Of a stretch of DNA of 24,979 bases, positions 6,555 to 14,262 are shown piece by piece. This DNA is from a virus (lineage: Duplodnaviria; Caudoviricetes): positions 1 to 24,979 of the IMG/VR virus record IMGVR_UViG_3300033521_000030, one strand, 5' to 3'. Within the stretch, counting starts at the first letter, position 1; each line of letters opens with the position of its first letter. The notes beneath the pieces were generated by a model. That model worked only from the letters and a program-made list of their open reading frames with translations. It was not told the origin of the DNA and ran no database searches. Position numbers and translations under genes: made by a program.

Positions 6555-6977
6555 ATGCGCACCGCCGAAATCGCCACCCGAATCCGCACGCACGCCGCAG
6601 CTCGCCGAAGCGCGTCGCTCGCGTGGGCCTTCGTCGACGACATGCCGCCCGCCGCGATCAGCGCCGTCGTCGGCCGCACCCACAGCATCGCCAACGCGAT
6701 CGCCAAGATCCGTCGCCACGCCCAGGAGCGCGTCGACGCCGAGCGTCGGTCGCTCGCTGCGCGCCCCGCGTTGCTCGCGGTCACGTTCACGACGAACGCT
6801 GGCGCGATCGTCACGCGGCGCGGTCGCGGCTCGCTGCACGGCGACGTCCGCGCGACGCTGCGCTGGACGATCAGCACGCCGACCGACGGGCAGCTCGTCG
6901 TCCGCGGCGACCGCGTGTTCGACACGACCGGCGCGCAGCTCGGGCACAGCGCACACGTCTCGATCATCAACGACTGA
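6555..6977 (+). CDS. Early hypothetical protein
   Basis: AAGGAG SD at 6541; first ORF of the plus-strand operon. Confidence 0.75.
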   Translation: MRTAEIATRIRTHAAARRSASLAWAFVDDMPPAAISAVVGRTHSIANAIAKIRRHAQERVDAERRSLAARPALLAVTFTTNAGAIVTRRGRGSLHGDVRATLRWTISTPTDGQLVVRGDRVFDTTGAQLGHSAHVSIIND

Positions 6978-6997
6978 CACACACCACGGAGAACGAC

Positions 6998-7324
6998 ATG
7001 AACGCAACGCAGAAGACCACGCTCGACACGATCATGACGGCGCTGCTCTCGCGCGACTCGTTCCGCGCTCGCGAGCTGAAGCGCGAACCGCTCGTCGAAG
7101 AACTCGCCAACGACAAGGTGCTGCTTCAGGTGCACACCGGCTACGTCAACGACGAGAACACCGGGCTCGAACTGTTCTGCCGCGAGACGTGGATGCTCGT
7201 CATCGGCACGCGCGGCGGCGTCGAGGTCATGTGCGCACCGAAGTCGTGGGAGCAGTTTCGCGGCCACTACGCGTACCTCGGCAATCGGCGCGTCGCCGTT
7301 CGCAGCAGCGCCTCGTTCTATTGA
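6998..7324 (+). CDS. Early hypothetical protein
   Basis: GGAGA SD then ATG 6998 (MNATQKTTLD...). The track's 6485 start is overextended. Confidence 0.8.
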   Translation: MNATQKTTLDTIMTALLSRDSFRARELKREPLVEELANDKVLLQVHTGYVNDENTGLELFCRETWMLVIGTRGGVEVMCAPKSWEQFRGHYAYLGNRRVAVRSSASFY

Positions 7325-7349
7325 TCGACACACACCCAGGAGACGAACG

Positions 7350-7655
7350 ATGAAGACCATCAGCAACCCGCTCACCGACGGCGCCAAGGCGGTGCTCGTC
7401 ACCATCATGAAGAACGGCGCGCAGCTCGTGACGTCGCGCCTGCCGGGCGTCTTGTCCGCGCTCGAACAGGCGAAGCGCGAGCGCCGCGACTACCACGGCA
7501 TCGCCGGCTTCGTCATCACGGCGACGCGGCCCCGCTACAACGCCAAGGGCAAGAAGCTCAAGACCTACGAAACCGAAGTGCTCGTGCTGAACGCGCGTGC
7601 CGAACTCGATCCTCGGCACAACTTCGGCCTGCAGCTCCCGACGACCAACAAGTGA
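7350..7655 (+). CDS. Early hypothetical protein
   Basis: AGGAGA SD; GC3-rich codon usage. Confidence 0.8.
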   Translation: MKTISNPLTDGAKAVLVTIMKNGAQLVTSRLPGVLSALEQAKRERRDYHGIAGFVITATRPRYNAKGKKLKTYETEVLVLNARAELDPRHNFGLQLPTTNK

Positions 7656-7668
7656 CCCGGAGAACAAC

Positions 7669-8037
7669 ATGAACGCACACACCAACAACAACACCAACCC
7701 GAGCATCGGCAACCCGTGGGACGAGCCGTGGACGATCGTCGACAACGACGTCCGCTACTTCCGCCTGCGCCTCGTCTCGATCGACGCGTGGCGCGACGCC
7801 GACGGCATGTGGTTCTGGAACGACTCGGTCACGCTGCGCAGGAACATCCGCATCCGCGAGTCCCACACGACGACGCGCCGCGTGCTGAACATGCTGCGGC
7901 GCGAAGGCTTCCTCTCGTCGAGGAGTCGCGGCCGCGTCACGGTCGACCATCACTACGAGCAAGACCCGATCTGCGTCGAGGTGCTCGACAAGTACACGCG
8001 CGAACCGCTGCTCGCCCTGATCCCCGACTACGTCTGA
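7669..8037 (+). CDS. Early hypothetical protein
   Basis: GGAGAA SD then ATG 7669 (MNAHTNNN...SIDAWRDADGMWFWND). Confidence 0.8.
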   Translation: MNAHTNNNTNPSIGNPWDEPWTIVDNDVRYFRLRLVSIDAWRDADGMWFWNDSVTLRRNIRIRESHTTTRRVLNMLRREGFLSSRSRGRVTVDHHYEQDPICVEVLDKYTREPLLALIPDYV

Positions 8038-8047
8038 GGAGACGACG

Positions 8048-8314
8048 ATGAAAGCGACAACGAAGAAGGCCGACCGCAACCCGCGCACGCTGCGAGACGG
8101 CGACGTGTTCCTGTTCGTCGAGCCGCACTACTGGGGCAAGGCGACGACCCCGCGCGCTGCGGTCACGCAGTCGCTGCGGGTCGGCGGCCTCGGGTTCGGG
8201 GCGCGGCAGTGGCGCCTGTACTCCGCGCATCCCGACACGTTCATGGACGAGATCGGCTACATCAACTTCCCCGCCGGTCACGCCCCCATCGTCATCAGCG
8301 AGCATCAGGCCTGA
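8048..8314 (+). CDS. Early hypothetical protein
   Basis: GAGGAGA SD overlapping the previous stop. Confidence 0.8.
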   Translation: MKATTKKADRNPRTLRDGDVFLFVEPHYWGKATTPRAAVTQSLRVGGLGFGARQWRLYSAHPDTFMDEIGYINFPAGHAPIVISEHQA

Positions 8315-8323
8315 GGAGTCGAC

Positions 8324-8551
8324 ATGAACAAGCGACGCATGAAGAACCTGACCGACATCGTGGCGCGCATCGAGGCCCTGGCCGAGGAGCTGCGCGAGGC
8401 GCTCGACGCCGAGACCGAGGCGTTCGAGGCAATGCCCGAGTCGCTGCAAGGCAGCGAGCGCGGCGAGCGCTCGCAGAGCGCGATCGACTACATCGAGGAG
8501 GCGGCTTCGGCGCTCGACGATGCGGTCGAGGCGATCCACAACATCGACTGA
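8324..8551 (+). CDS. Small acidic helical-hairpin phage protein
   Basis: MNKRR...EAFEAMPESLQGSERGE pattern, familiar from uncharacterised phage proteins. GAGGAG SD. Confidence 0.85.
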   Translation: MNKRRMKNLTDIVARIEALAEELREALDAETEAFEAMPESLQGSERGERSQSAIDYIEEAASALDDAVEAIHNID

Positions 8552-8561
8552 GGAGACGAAC

Positions 8562-8819
8562 ATGCTCAGGAACTTCAGACGGTACGGGCGGTGGGAACGG
8601 CAGGCCATCAAGCAGGGCTTGACCATCAGCGACGAGACGCCGCGCGGCGAAGGAATGCAGGCGTCAGACGCTGAGACGATGATGGTCGCTCGTGACAGCA
8701 ACGGCGAGCTGGTCGGCGGCTTCATGACCGACCGCATCTACAGCGCCGGATTCCTGTACGCCGACGCGAAGGATCTGCGCGAGCAGATGCGGCGCTGCTA
8801 CGAGGAGATGTGCGTCTAG
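8562..8819 (+). CDS. Early hypothetical protein
   Basis: GAGGAGA SD then ATG 8562. Confidence 0.75.
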   Translation: MLRNFRRYGRWERQAIKQGLTISDETPRGEGMQASDAETMMVARDSNGELVGGFMTDRIYSAGFLYADAKDLREQMRRCYEEMCV

Positions 8820-8823
8820 CGTC

Positions 8824-8877
8824 CAGCCCAGAGCGCCCTGGCAGCAGGGCGCTCGCGGCTGCGGCGTTCGCCGTGGC
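8824..8877 (+). other. Intergenic long stem-loop with an overlapping alternative hairpin
   Basis: GAGCGCCCTG-GCAG-CAGGGCGCTC (8831-8854), extended by CAGCC/GGCTG. No U-tail. Confidence 0.6.
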
Positions 8878-8904
8878 ACACACCTAACGACAACGGAGAA
8901 GAAA

Positions 8905-9810
8905 ATGGCCACGTACCAATACAACGCGAAGATCAGCGTCGACGTCACCGAGCTGGACCTGACCGACGCGGAGAAGAACGACCTCGCCGCCCGCTTCATC
9001 GATGACATGACTCCGGGCGAGCTGTGCCGCGCGTTCGACAACGACGAGGATCTGCTGGGGCACTTGCTGCAGAACATGCGGCTTCGCGACGTGCTCGATC
9101 AGCTCGACGACAACGCCGGCATCCGCGACTACGTGTTCACCGACCTCAGCCTCGACGAGATCGTCGAGGAGGTCGACGAGCGCGAGCTGTGCAGGACGCT
9201 CGTGCAGCGGCGCGGTATCGACGAGTACATCAGCGCGATCCCGGATCACGACAAGAGCGAACTGGCCCAGGCCGTGCTCGGGACGATGACGAATGAGGAG
9301 ATCATCCACGAACGCGAGGACGACACGGGGCTGTTCTACGTGCTCGTCAATCGCATGACGTGGTCCGAGCTGATGAGCCAGATCGACGACAAGGCCAGCA
9401 TGGTCGAGACGTGCTTTAACGAGCTGGGCGCCGACGCGTTGCTGGAGGCGATCGACGACGACGAAGCGATGGCGAAGGCGATCCTGCGGCGCAGCGAGCG
9501 GCGCGAGTGCCGCCTTGAAGATGCGAGCCAGTGGATCCTCGAACAGGCCCTGGCGCGGAAGTTCGACGCGATGACGATCCAGAAGGACGAGCGCGAGGCA
9601 GCGCTCACCGTTGGCGGCGCGATGCTGCAGGGCTCGCTGGAGTACGTGGCGGTGACCGCGCTGAAGATGGTGCGGAACGCCCGGTATCAGGCGACCGAAC
9701 TCGTTCTCAAGGCGGCCGAGGACAAGCGCGTCCTCGACGATGCGCTCGCCGCTGTCGACCGCATGAACGCGGAGCGCGACGCGGCCCTTCGTGAGCAGCA
9801 GACATCCTGA
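8905..9810 (+). CDS. Acidic ~23-aa helical-repeat protein with coiled-coil C-terminus
   Basis: GGAGAA SD; about eight degenerate repeats visible in the first ~195 aa. Confidence 0.85.
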   Translation: MATYQYNAKISVDVTELDLTDAEKNDLAARFIDDMTPGELCRAFDNDEDLLGHLLQNMRLRDVLDQLDDNAGIRDYVFTDLSLDEIVEEVDERELCRTLVQRRGIDEYISAIPDHDKSELAQAVLGTMTNEEIIHEREDDTGLFYVLVNRMTWSELMSQIDDKASMVETCFNELGADALLEAIDDDEAMAKAILRRSERRECRLEDASQWILEQALARKFDAMTIQKDEREAALTVGGAMLQGSLEYVAVTALKMVRNARYQATELVLKAAEDKRVLDDALAAVDRMNAERDAALREQQTS

Positions 9811-9821
9811 GGAGGTGCGAC

Positions 9822-10136
9822 ATGATCGAGACGGTCAGCATGGCATGGGTCAAGCGGAATGCGCGCGGCTACTTCTTCTCGCCCGGCGCGATGGCGTACT
9901 TCAAGAGCCGCCTCCCCGAGACGGCGCTGCGCAACGGCGACCGCGTGTTCTTCTGGACGTCGGAGCAATTCATGGACGAGCCCCGGCGCTGGACGCTGCG
10001 GCGCTTGTCGTTGGTCACGGGCGACGTGACGACGATCGGCGAGTTCCAGGCGTACTCGACGGCGGCGCAGGCGAAGCAGGCGGTGTTCGATGCCGCGCAC
10101 GGGCAGCTTCCCGACGAGCCCGAGGAGGCGGCATGA
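9822..10136 (+). CDS. Conserved-looking phage hypothetical protein
   Basis: YFFS..AM.YF.SR...FWTSE...RRWT.R...G.V.TIGEFQAY.T pattern; GAGGAGG SD. Confidence 0.85.
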   Translation: MIETVSMAWVKRNARGYFFSPGAMAYFKSRLPETALRNGDRVFFWTSEQFMDEPRRWTLRRLSLVTGDVTTIGEFQAYSTAAQAKQAVFDAAHGQLPDEPEEAA

Positions 10137-10315
10137 CGAGGCACAGCATCGCGCTGCGGGTGGTGGTCGCGTTCGAGTGGCCGCCGCGTCATCACAGGAT
10201 GCCGACCGATGACGAAGCCATCGAGTCGTTGCTCGAACAGATCGAGCAGCGCATCCGCGACATCCCCGGCATCGACGGGGTAACGGTCAACGAGGACACA
10301 GGAGACGGAACATGA
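10133..10315 (+). CDS. Small hypothetical protein
   Basis: GAGGAGG SD; ATGA overlaps at both ends. Confidence 0.7.
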   Translation: MTRHSIALRVVVAFEWPPRHHRMPTDDEAIESLLEQIEQRIRDIPGIDGVTVNEDTGDGT

Positions 10316-10536
10316 AGGCGAATCGACACACCTACCCCTACATCGCCGCGTGGGGCCAGCTGCTGCACAGCAGTTCGTGCTTCGTGGCGGACGAGATCGA
10401 GCGGGCGGTCCGCGACCGCGCGCCGAAGGACGCGCTGGCGAAGCGCCAGGATGGCACGTGGCTGCGGTACCGCGACCTCGACGACGCGAACACGCGTCGG
10501 CTGGTCAAGACGAACGTGGAGGCGTTGCAGCGATGA
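10312..10536 (+). CDS. Small hypothetical protein
   Basis: AGGAGA SD; ATGA overlap. Confidence 0.75.
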   Translation: MKANRHTYPYIAAWGQLLHSSSCFVADEIERAVRDRAPKDALAKRQDGTWLRYRDLDDANTRRLVKTNVEALQR

Positions 10537-11006
10537 GGCGGACGACCATGAAGGCCCCGGCGAACTTCCTGCGCATCACGAAGCCGACGTGGTCGGCGAC
10601 GATCGCCCCCGGCACGTACTGGATCGGCGATCCGTGCTACGCGTTCACGAGCGACGACGAGGCGTGGCAGGAGGTGCTCGGCAGCTGCGAGCACTTCCGC
10701 AAGCCGGTCGGCAGCGTCATCGTGAGGGACGAGCCCGAGCCGCATCTCGTCGCCGCGTTCCCGACGTGGCACGGCGACGGCGAGTACGAGGACACCGAGG
10801 GCTATCGGTACTCGGTCGACTCGGGCTTGATCGGCATCATGCGCATCGAAACAGCGGTGCGCTTTGGAGCACCCACGGCGCTGCTCGCTCAAGGGCGCGT
10901 CGTGGAATTCGTCAAGGAGCAGACGATCGAGTGGGAGGCGGGGCGGTTCATCTTCGGCACGATCGAGATCGACACCGTTCCGCATTCCGATGACAGCGAC
11001 GCGTGA
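10533..11006 (+). CDS. Phage protein with GDPCY / GDG.Y / VDSG.IG motifs (DUF4241-like)
   Basis: PGTYWIGDPCY...TWHGDGEYED..G..YSVDSGLIGI. Start is 10533 or 10548. Confidence 0.75.
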   Translation: MRRTTMKAPANFLRITKPTWSATIAPGTYWIGDPCYAFTSDDEAWQEVLGSCEHFRKPVGSVIVRDEPEPHLVAAFPTWHGDGEYEDTEGYRYSVDSGLIGIMRIETAVRFGAPTALLAQGRVVEFVKEQTIEWEAGRFIFGTIEIDTVPHSDDSDA

Positions 11007-11031
11007 CATCACACACACACTGGAGAGCATC

Positions 11032-12096
11032 ATGAAAACCGGACGCAACATTGTCGAACTGGCCCGTGAAATCCAGCGCATGACCGAGGCGAAGCGCGAC
11101 TACATCGCGCCGACGACGTCTATCGAGGTCGAGTACAACAGCTCGCTTAGCAACCTCGGGCTGCTGATGCCGAGCTTCGATCAGACGATCTACCCGATGA
11201 CGCCGGTGGCGCAGCGGCAGATCGCGAACTGGGCGGGCGTGCCGCTGAAGTACCTCGACCTCATGGCCGCCGAGGCGCCCGACCTCGTGGCCGTGAACTT
11301 CAATCGCTGGCTCGGGCTGTCGAAGGATCGCCGCATGATCCGCACGCTCGACGGCAACGCTCGCGCGTTCCTGTCGGACCGCTACCGTCGCATCGATCAT
11401 GAGGACGTGGCCGAGGTCGCGCTGCCGATCCTGATGGGCACGGGCGACACCGAGATCGTGTCGTGCGACGTCACCGAGAACAAGCTCTACATCAAGGCGC
11501 TGTTCCCGCGCGTGCGGGGCGAGGTGGCGGTCGGCGACGAGGTGCAGGCCGGCGTCGTCATCAGCAACAGCGAGATCGGCACGGGCGCGCTGAGCATTCA
11601 GCCGCTCGTGTACCGGCTGGCGTGCAAGAACGGGATGATCCGGGCCGACAGCTCGCTCCGCGCCAATCACGTCGGCGGGCGACTGAGCAGCGAGGACGTG
11701 GTGAGCGAGGTCTACAAGGAGGACACGCTGCGCGCTGACGATCGCGCGCTGCTGCTGAAGATCCGGGACGTCATCGGCGCGGTGGCGTCGCAGGACTCGT
11801 TCAACAAGATGATAGCCAGGATGCGCGAGGCGCAGGGCGGGCAGAAGATCGAGCGCCCGACGGCGGCGGTCGAGGTGCTCGGCAAGGCGCTGAACCTTCG
11901 GGCGACGGAGAAGGACTCGTTCCTCGAAAACCTCATCCGCGCGGGCGACTACTCGCGCTACGGGGCGCTCAACGCGGTGACGGCGATCGCTAACAACGCG
12001 CCGTGCTACGACCGCGCGACCGAGCTGGAGGAGCTGGGCGGCGTCGTGCTCGATCTGCCGGCGCGCGAGTGGGCGCGCATCGCCGAGGCGGCGTGA
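11032..12096 (+). CDS. DUF932-family protein
   Basis: RTLDGNARAFLSDRYRRID and GVVISNSEIG.GALSIQP.VYRLACKNGMI motifs. GGAGAG SD then ATG 11032. Confidence 0.8.
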   Translation: MKTGRNIVELAREIQRMTEAKRDYIAPTTSIEVEYNSSLSNLGLLMPSFDQTIYPMTPVAQRQIANWAGVPLKYLDLMAAEAPDLVAVNFNRWLGLSKDRRMIRTLDGNARAFLSDRYRRIDHEDVAEVALPILMGTGDTEIVSCDVTENKLYIKALFPRVRGEVAVGDEVQAGVVISNSEIGTGALSIQPLVYRLACKNGMIRADSSLRANHVGGRLSSEDVVSEVYKEDTLRADDRALLLKIRDVIGAVASQDSFNKMIARMREAQGGQKIERPTAAVEVLGKALNLRATEKDSFLENLIRAGDYSRYGALNAVTAIANNAPCYDRATELEELGGVVLDLPAREWARIAEAA

Positions 12097-12105
12097 CACA
12101 ACCTC

Positions 12106-12128
12106 GGGGGGCGGATTGGCCGCCCCCC
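12106..12128 (+). other. Intergenic GC-rich hairpin (pause, processing or stability element)
   Basis: GGGGGGCGG-ATTGG-CCGCCCCCC with no U-tail. Confidence 0.5.
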
Positions 12129-12148
12129 ATCATTCGACGGAGACGACC

Positions 12149-12628
12149 ATGACCAAGAGCTACACCCCTGACGACATCGCGGAACACGCGAGCGCCGTTC
12201 TGTCGGACGTATTCGGCGGCGACTTTCACGTGCACGCCGGGTACTCGGACACCGATCAGATCGTTCTTGAGTTGCGCTGGATCGACGGTCCGCCTGTGCC
12301 GCTGGTTGGGCAAGTGATTCGCCACGCGCTGATCGGCCCCGACTCTGACTTCGAGATCAAGATGATGTGTGCTCGCGGCTACTCGCAGTGGCGATTCAGC
12401 GGGGCGCGGGCAATGCTCGCGGAGCGTTCCGAGCGGCCCGAGCTGCTGACGATGTCGGCACAGGAACTGGCTGAATGCGAGATGCTCGTCGGGAACGGGG
12501 AGGGACGCAAAGCGAAGGTCGGCGTGGCGTTCAGCGCGCTACTGGATTCGATGATGTTCGAGTGGGACGTGCCGGGGTACAGCGAGTACCTCGACCCGCG
12601 CAGCCCGAAGCACTGGAGGAATCGATGA
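12149..12628 (+). CDS. LPD29-like domain protein
   Basis: F...FHV..GYS....LELRWIDGP....V...R.YS resembles the W.DGP signature of LPD29. GGAGA SD then ATG 12149. Confidence 0.5.
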   Translation: MTKSYTPDDIAEHASAVLSDVFGGDFHVHAGYSDTDQIVLELRWIDGPPVPLVGQVIRHALIGPDSDFEIKMMCARGYSQWRFSGARAMLAERSERPELLTMSAQELAECEMLVGNGEGRKAKVGVAFSALLDSMMFEWDVPGYSEYLDPRSPKHWRNR

Positions 12629-12966
12629 ACATCAACGACGTCCATCCTAGCCAGATCGACGCCACGCGCAACGCCGCGATGTGGATCGCGCGCGACGCCG
12701 GGCTCGGGGCCGATGTGCAGCGCGCGTTCTCGCTGCTCGCCACCGTCTGCCTTGCGCGCGGCTACGGCACGGCGCAGGCGCTCGACGCGTGCAAGGCGTT
12801 CGTGCCGCAACTGCAGGGCATGACCGCCATTCGCCCCGGCGAGACGTGGAGCGCGTACTACCTGCGCTTGCGCGAGACGTACCAGGGCATCCGCGAGCGC
12901 GCCGACGACGATCGCCTCGCGGTGCTCGACGAGGTTCCATCCTTCCTGAGGAGGCAAGCAGAGTGA
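12625..12966 (+). CDS. Early protein ending in an FtsZ C-terminal-peptide-like motif (candidate division inhibitor)
   Basis: GGAGGA SD then ATG 12625. C-terminus is DDDRLAVLDEVPSFLRRQAE*. Confidence 0.75.
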   Translation: MNINDVHPSQIDATRNAAMWIARDAGLGADVQRAFSLLATVCLARGYGTAQALDACKAFVPQLQGMTAIRPGETWSAYYLRLRETYQGIRERADDDRLAVLDEVPSFLRRQAE

Positions 12967-12971
12967 GCATC

Positions 12972-13112
12972 ATGAAGATCGACTACAAGGACCGCGCCTA
13001 TCGCGGGGGCCGCGAGCTGCGCGGGCCGAGGATCGGCCCGGTCAGCATCGTGTTCTTGGCGATCGCGCTACAGCTCGTCGTCGCGGTCCTGCTCGAATGG
13101 GCGGGGTGGTGA
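12972..13112 (+). CDS. Small single-pass membrane protein (46 aa)
   Basis: Basic N-terminus followed by VSIVFLAIALQLVVAVLLEWAGW. Confidence 0.65.
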   Translation: MKIDYKDRAYRGGRELRGPRIGPVSIVFLAIALQLVVAVLLEWAGW

Positions 13113-13113
13113 C

Positions 13114-13308
13114 ATGAAGCGCGAACCCAACGCCAAGGAGTTGAATCGCCAGCTGACCGACGTCTCGGCGAGCATCACCGGGATGCGGCACTGCTCGAAC
13201 TGTCGCCAGCTCCGCAAGGAGGTCGGCGGCACGTGGATCACGATGAGCAACGGCACGAGGCGTCGTTGGTCGTGTGCCGAGTGCATCAGCAAGATCGAAC
13301 GGAGGTAG
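13114..13308 (+). CDS. Small zinc-ribbon protein
   Basis: CSNC...RRRWSCAEC. Confidence 0.75.
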   Translation: MKREPNAKELNRQLTDVSASITGMRHCSNCRQLRKEVGGTWITMSNGTRRRWSCAECISKIERR

Positions 13309-13310
13309 TC

Positions 13311-13607
13311 ATGCAAAGCCAGCGTGAGGAAGTTGAGGGCTGCGAGCCCAGCGAGTACGAGACGGAGGTAGCCGCGCACGTGCAGGGCGAGATGCGGTCC
13401 TGGGGCGACGCCCCGCTGATGTCGCTGAGCGACATCGATTGGATCATCGATGCCGCGCTTCACAAGATGGCGGCCGACATCAAGAGCGGCATCGCGGTTC
13501 CGGTGCCATACCTCGGCGAGTTCGTCGACCGTGGTGGCCGGATCGCTTACGAGGCGGACCCCCGCTTGCTCGTGGGGTCGCGCCTTGCCCGGGGGAAGCA
13601 GCCATGA
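13311..13607 (+). CDS. HU/IHF-like protein lacking the DNA-binding arms
   Basis: SLSDIDWIIDAALHKMAADIKSGIAVPVPYLGEF aligns by eye with HU helix 2 to GFGTF. GGAGG SD then ATG 13311. Confidence 0.55.
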   Translation: MQSQREEVEGCEPSEYETEVAAHVQGEMRSWGDAPLMSLSDIDWIIDAALHKMAADIKSGIAVPVPYLGEFVDRGGRIAYEADPRLLVGSRLARGKQP

Positions 13608-13819
13608 CGAGTCGCTACCTCGTCAGGTTCAAGCGCAAGTTCGAGGACGTGGGCGGCGGCAGCATCGTCGACGATGCCGTCGCTCACTTCGACTATCGCG
13701 GTCAAGCGGAGGCGTTCGTCCGGGTCATGGACGGCCGCAGCCTGCGAGACGCGTTGTCGGGCGTCGCCTACACGGCGAGCGCCTTCGAGATCGTCGACAC
13801 ATTCATTCCGCAACGATAG
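13604..13819 (+). CDS. Small hypothetical protein
   Basis: ATGA overlap at 13604 (MTSRYLVRF...). Confidence 0.7.
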   Translation: MTSRYLVRFKRKFEDVGGGSIVDDAVAHFDYRGQAEAFVRVMDGRSLRDALSGVAYTASAFEIVDTFIPQR

Positions 13820-13830
13820 GAGCAAGCAGC

Positions 13831-14262
13831 ATGTCACACAACAACGGCACGATGAAGCCCCAGTACAAGCGCCCGACGCCCTTGCAGTACGCGGCGATCG
13901 TCAACTGGATGACGAGCCACGCCGACGCGGTGCTCGCAACGACCGACCTGAACGTGGCGAAGGCCATGGCTGCGGAGCTGGGCTTCGAGGTCAAGGAGTC
14001 GACCGTCGAGGGCATGAGGCGACACCTGAACATGGCCAAGCGCCGCAAGACGCTGAAGCCCGAGGATGTCAACGCGGCGGTGGCGGCGGTGCACGCGCAC
14101 GTCGCCACGCTGGCGCTCGACGTCGTCAGGCTGGCGAACGAGATCGGGGCGTCGCTCGACAACATCAGCGGCACGACGCTGCGCATGGCGCGCGAGGAGC
14201 AGGCGCGTCAGCACACGGCCGAGCGGGAGGCGCATCAGCAGGAACTGGAGCACAACTGGTGA
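13831..14262 (+). CDS. Hypothetical protein, possible HTH plus coiled coil
   Basis: AGGAG SD. VAKAMAAELGFEVKESTVEGMRRHL is HTH-like. Confidence 0.7.
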   Translation: MSHNNGTMKPQYKRPTPLQYAAIVNWMTSHADAVLATTDLNVAKAMAAELGFEVKESTVEGMRRHLNMAKRRKTLKPEDVNAAVAAVHAHVATLALDVVRLANEIGASLDNISGTTLRMAREEQARQHTAEREAHQQELEHNW

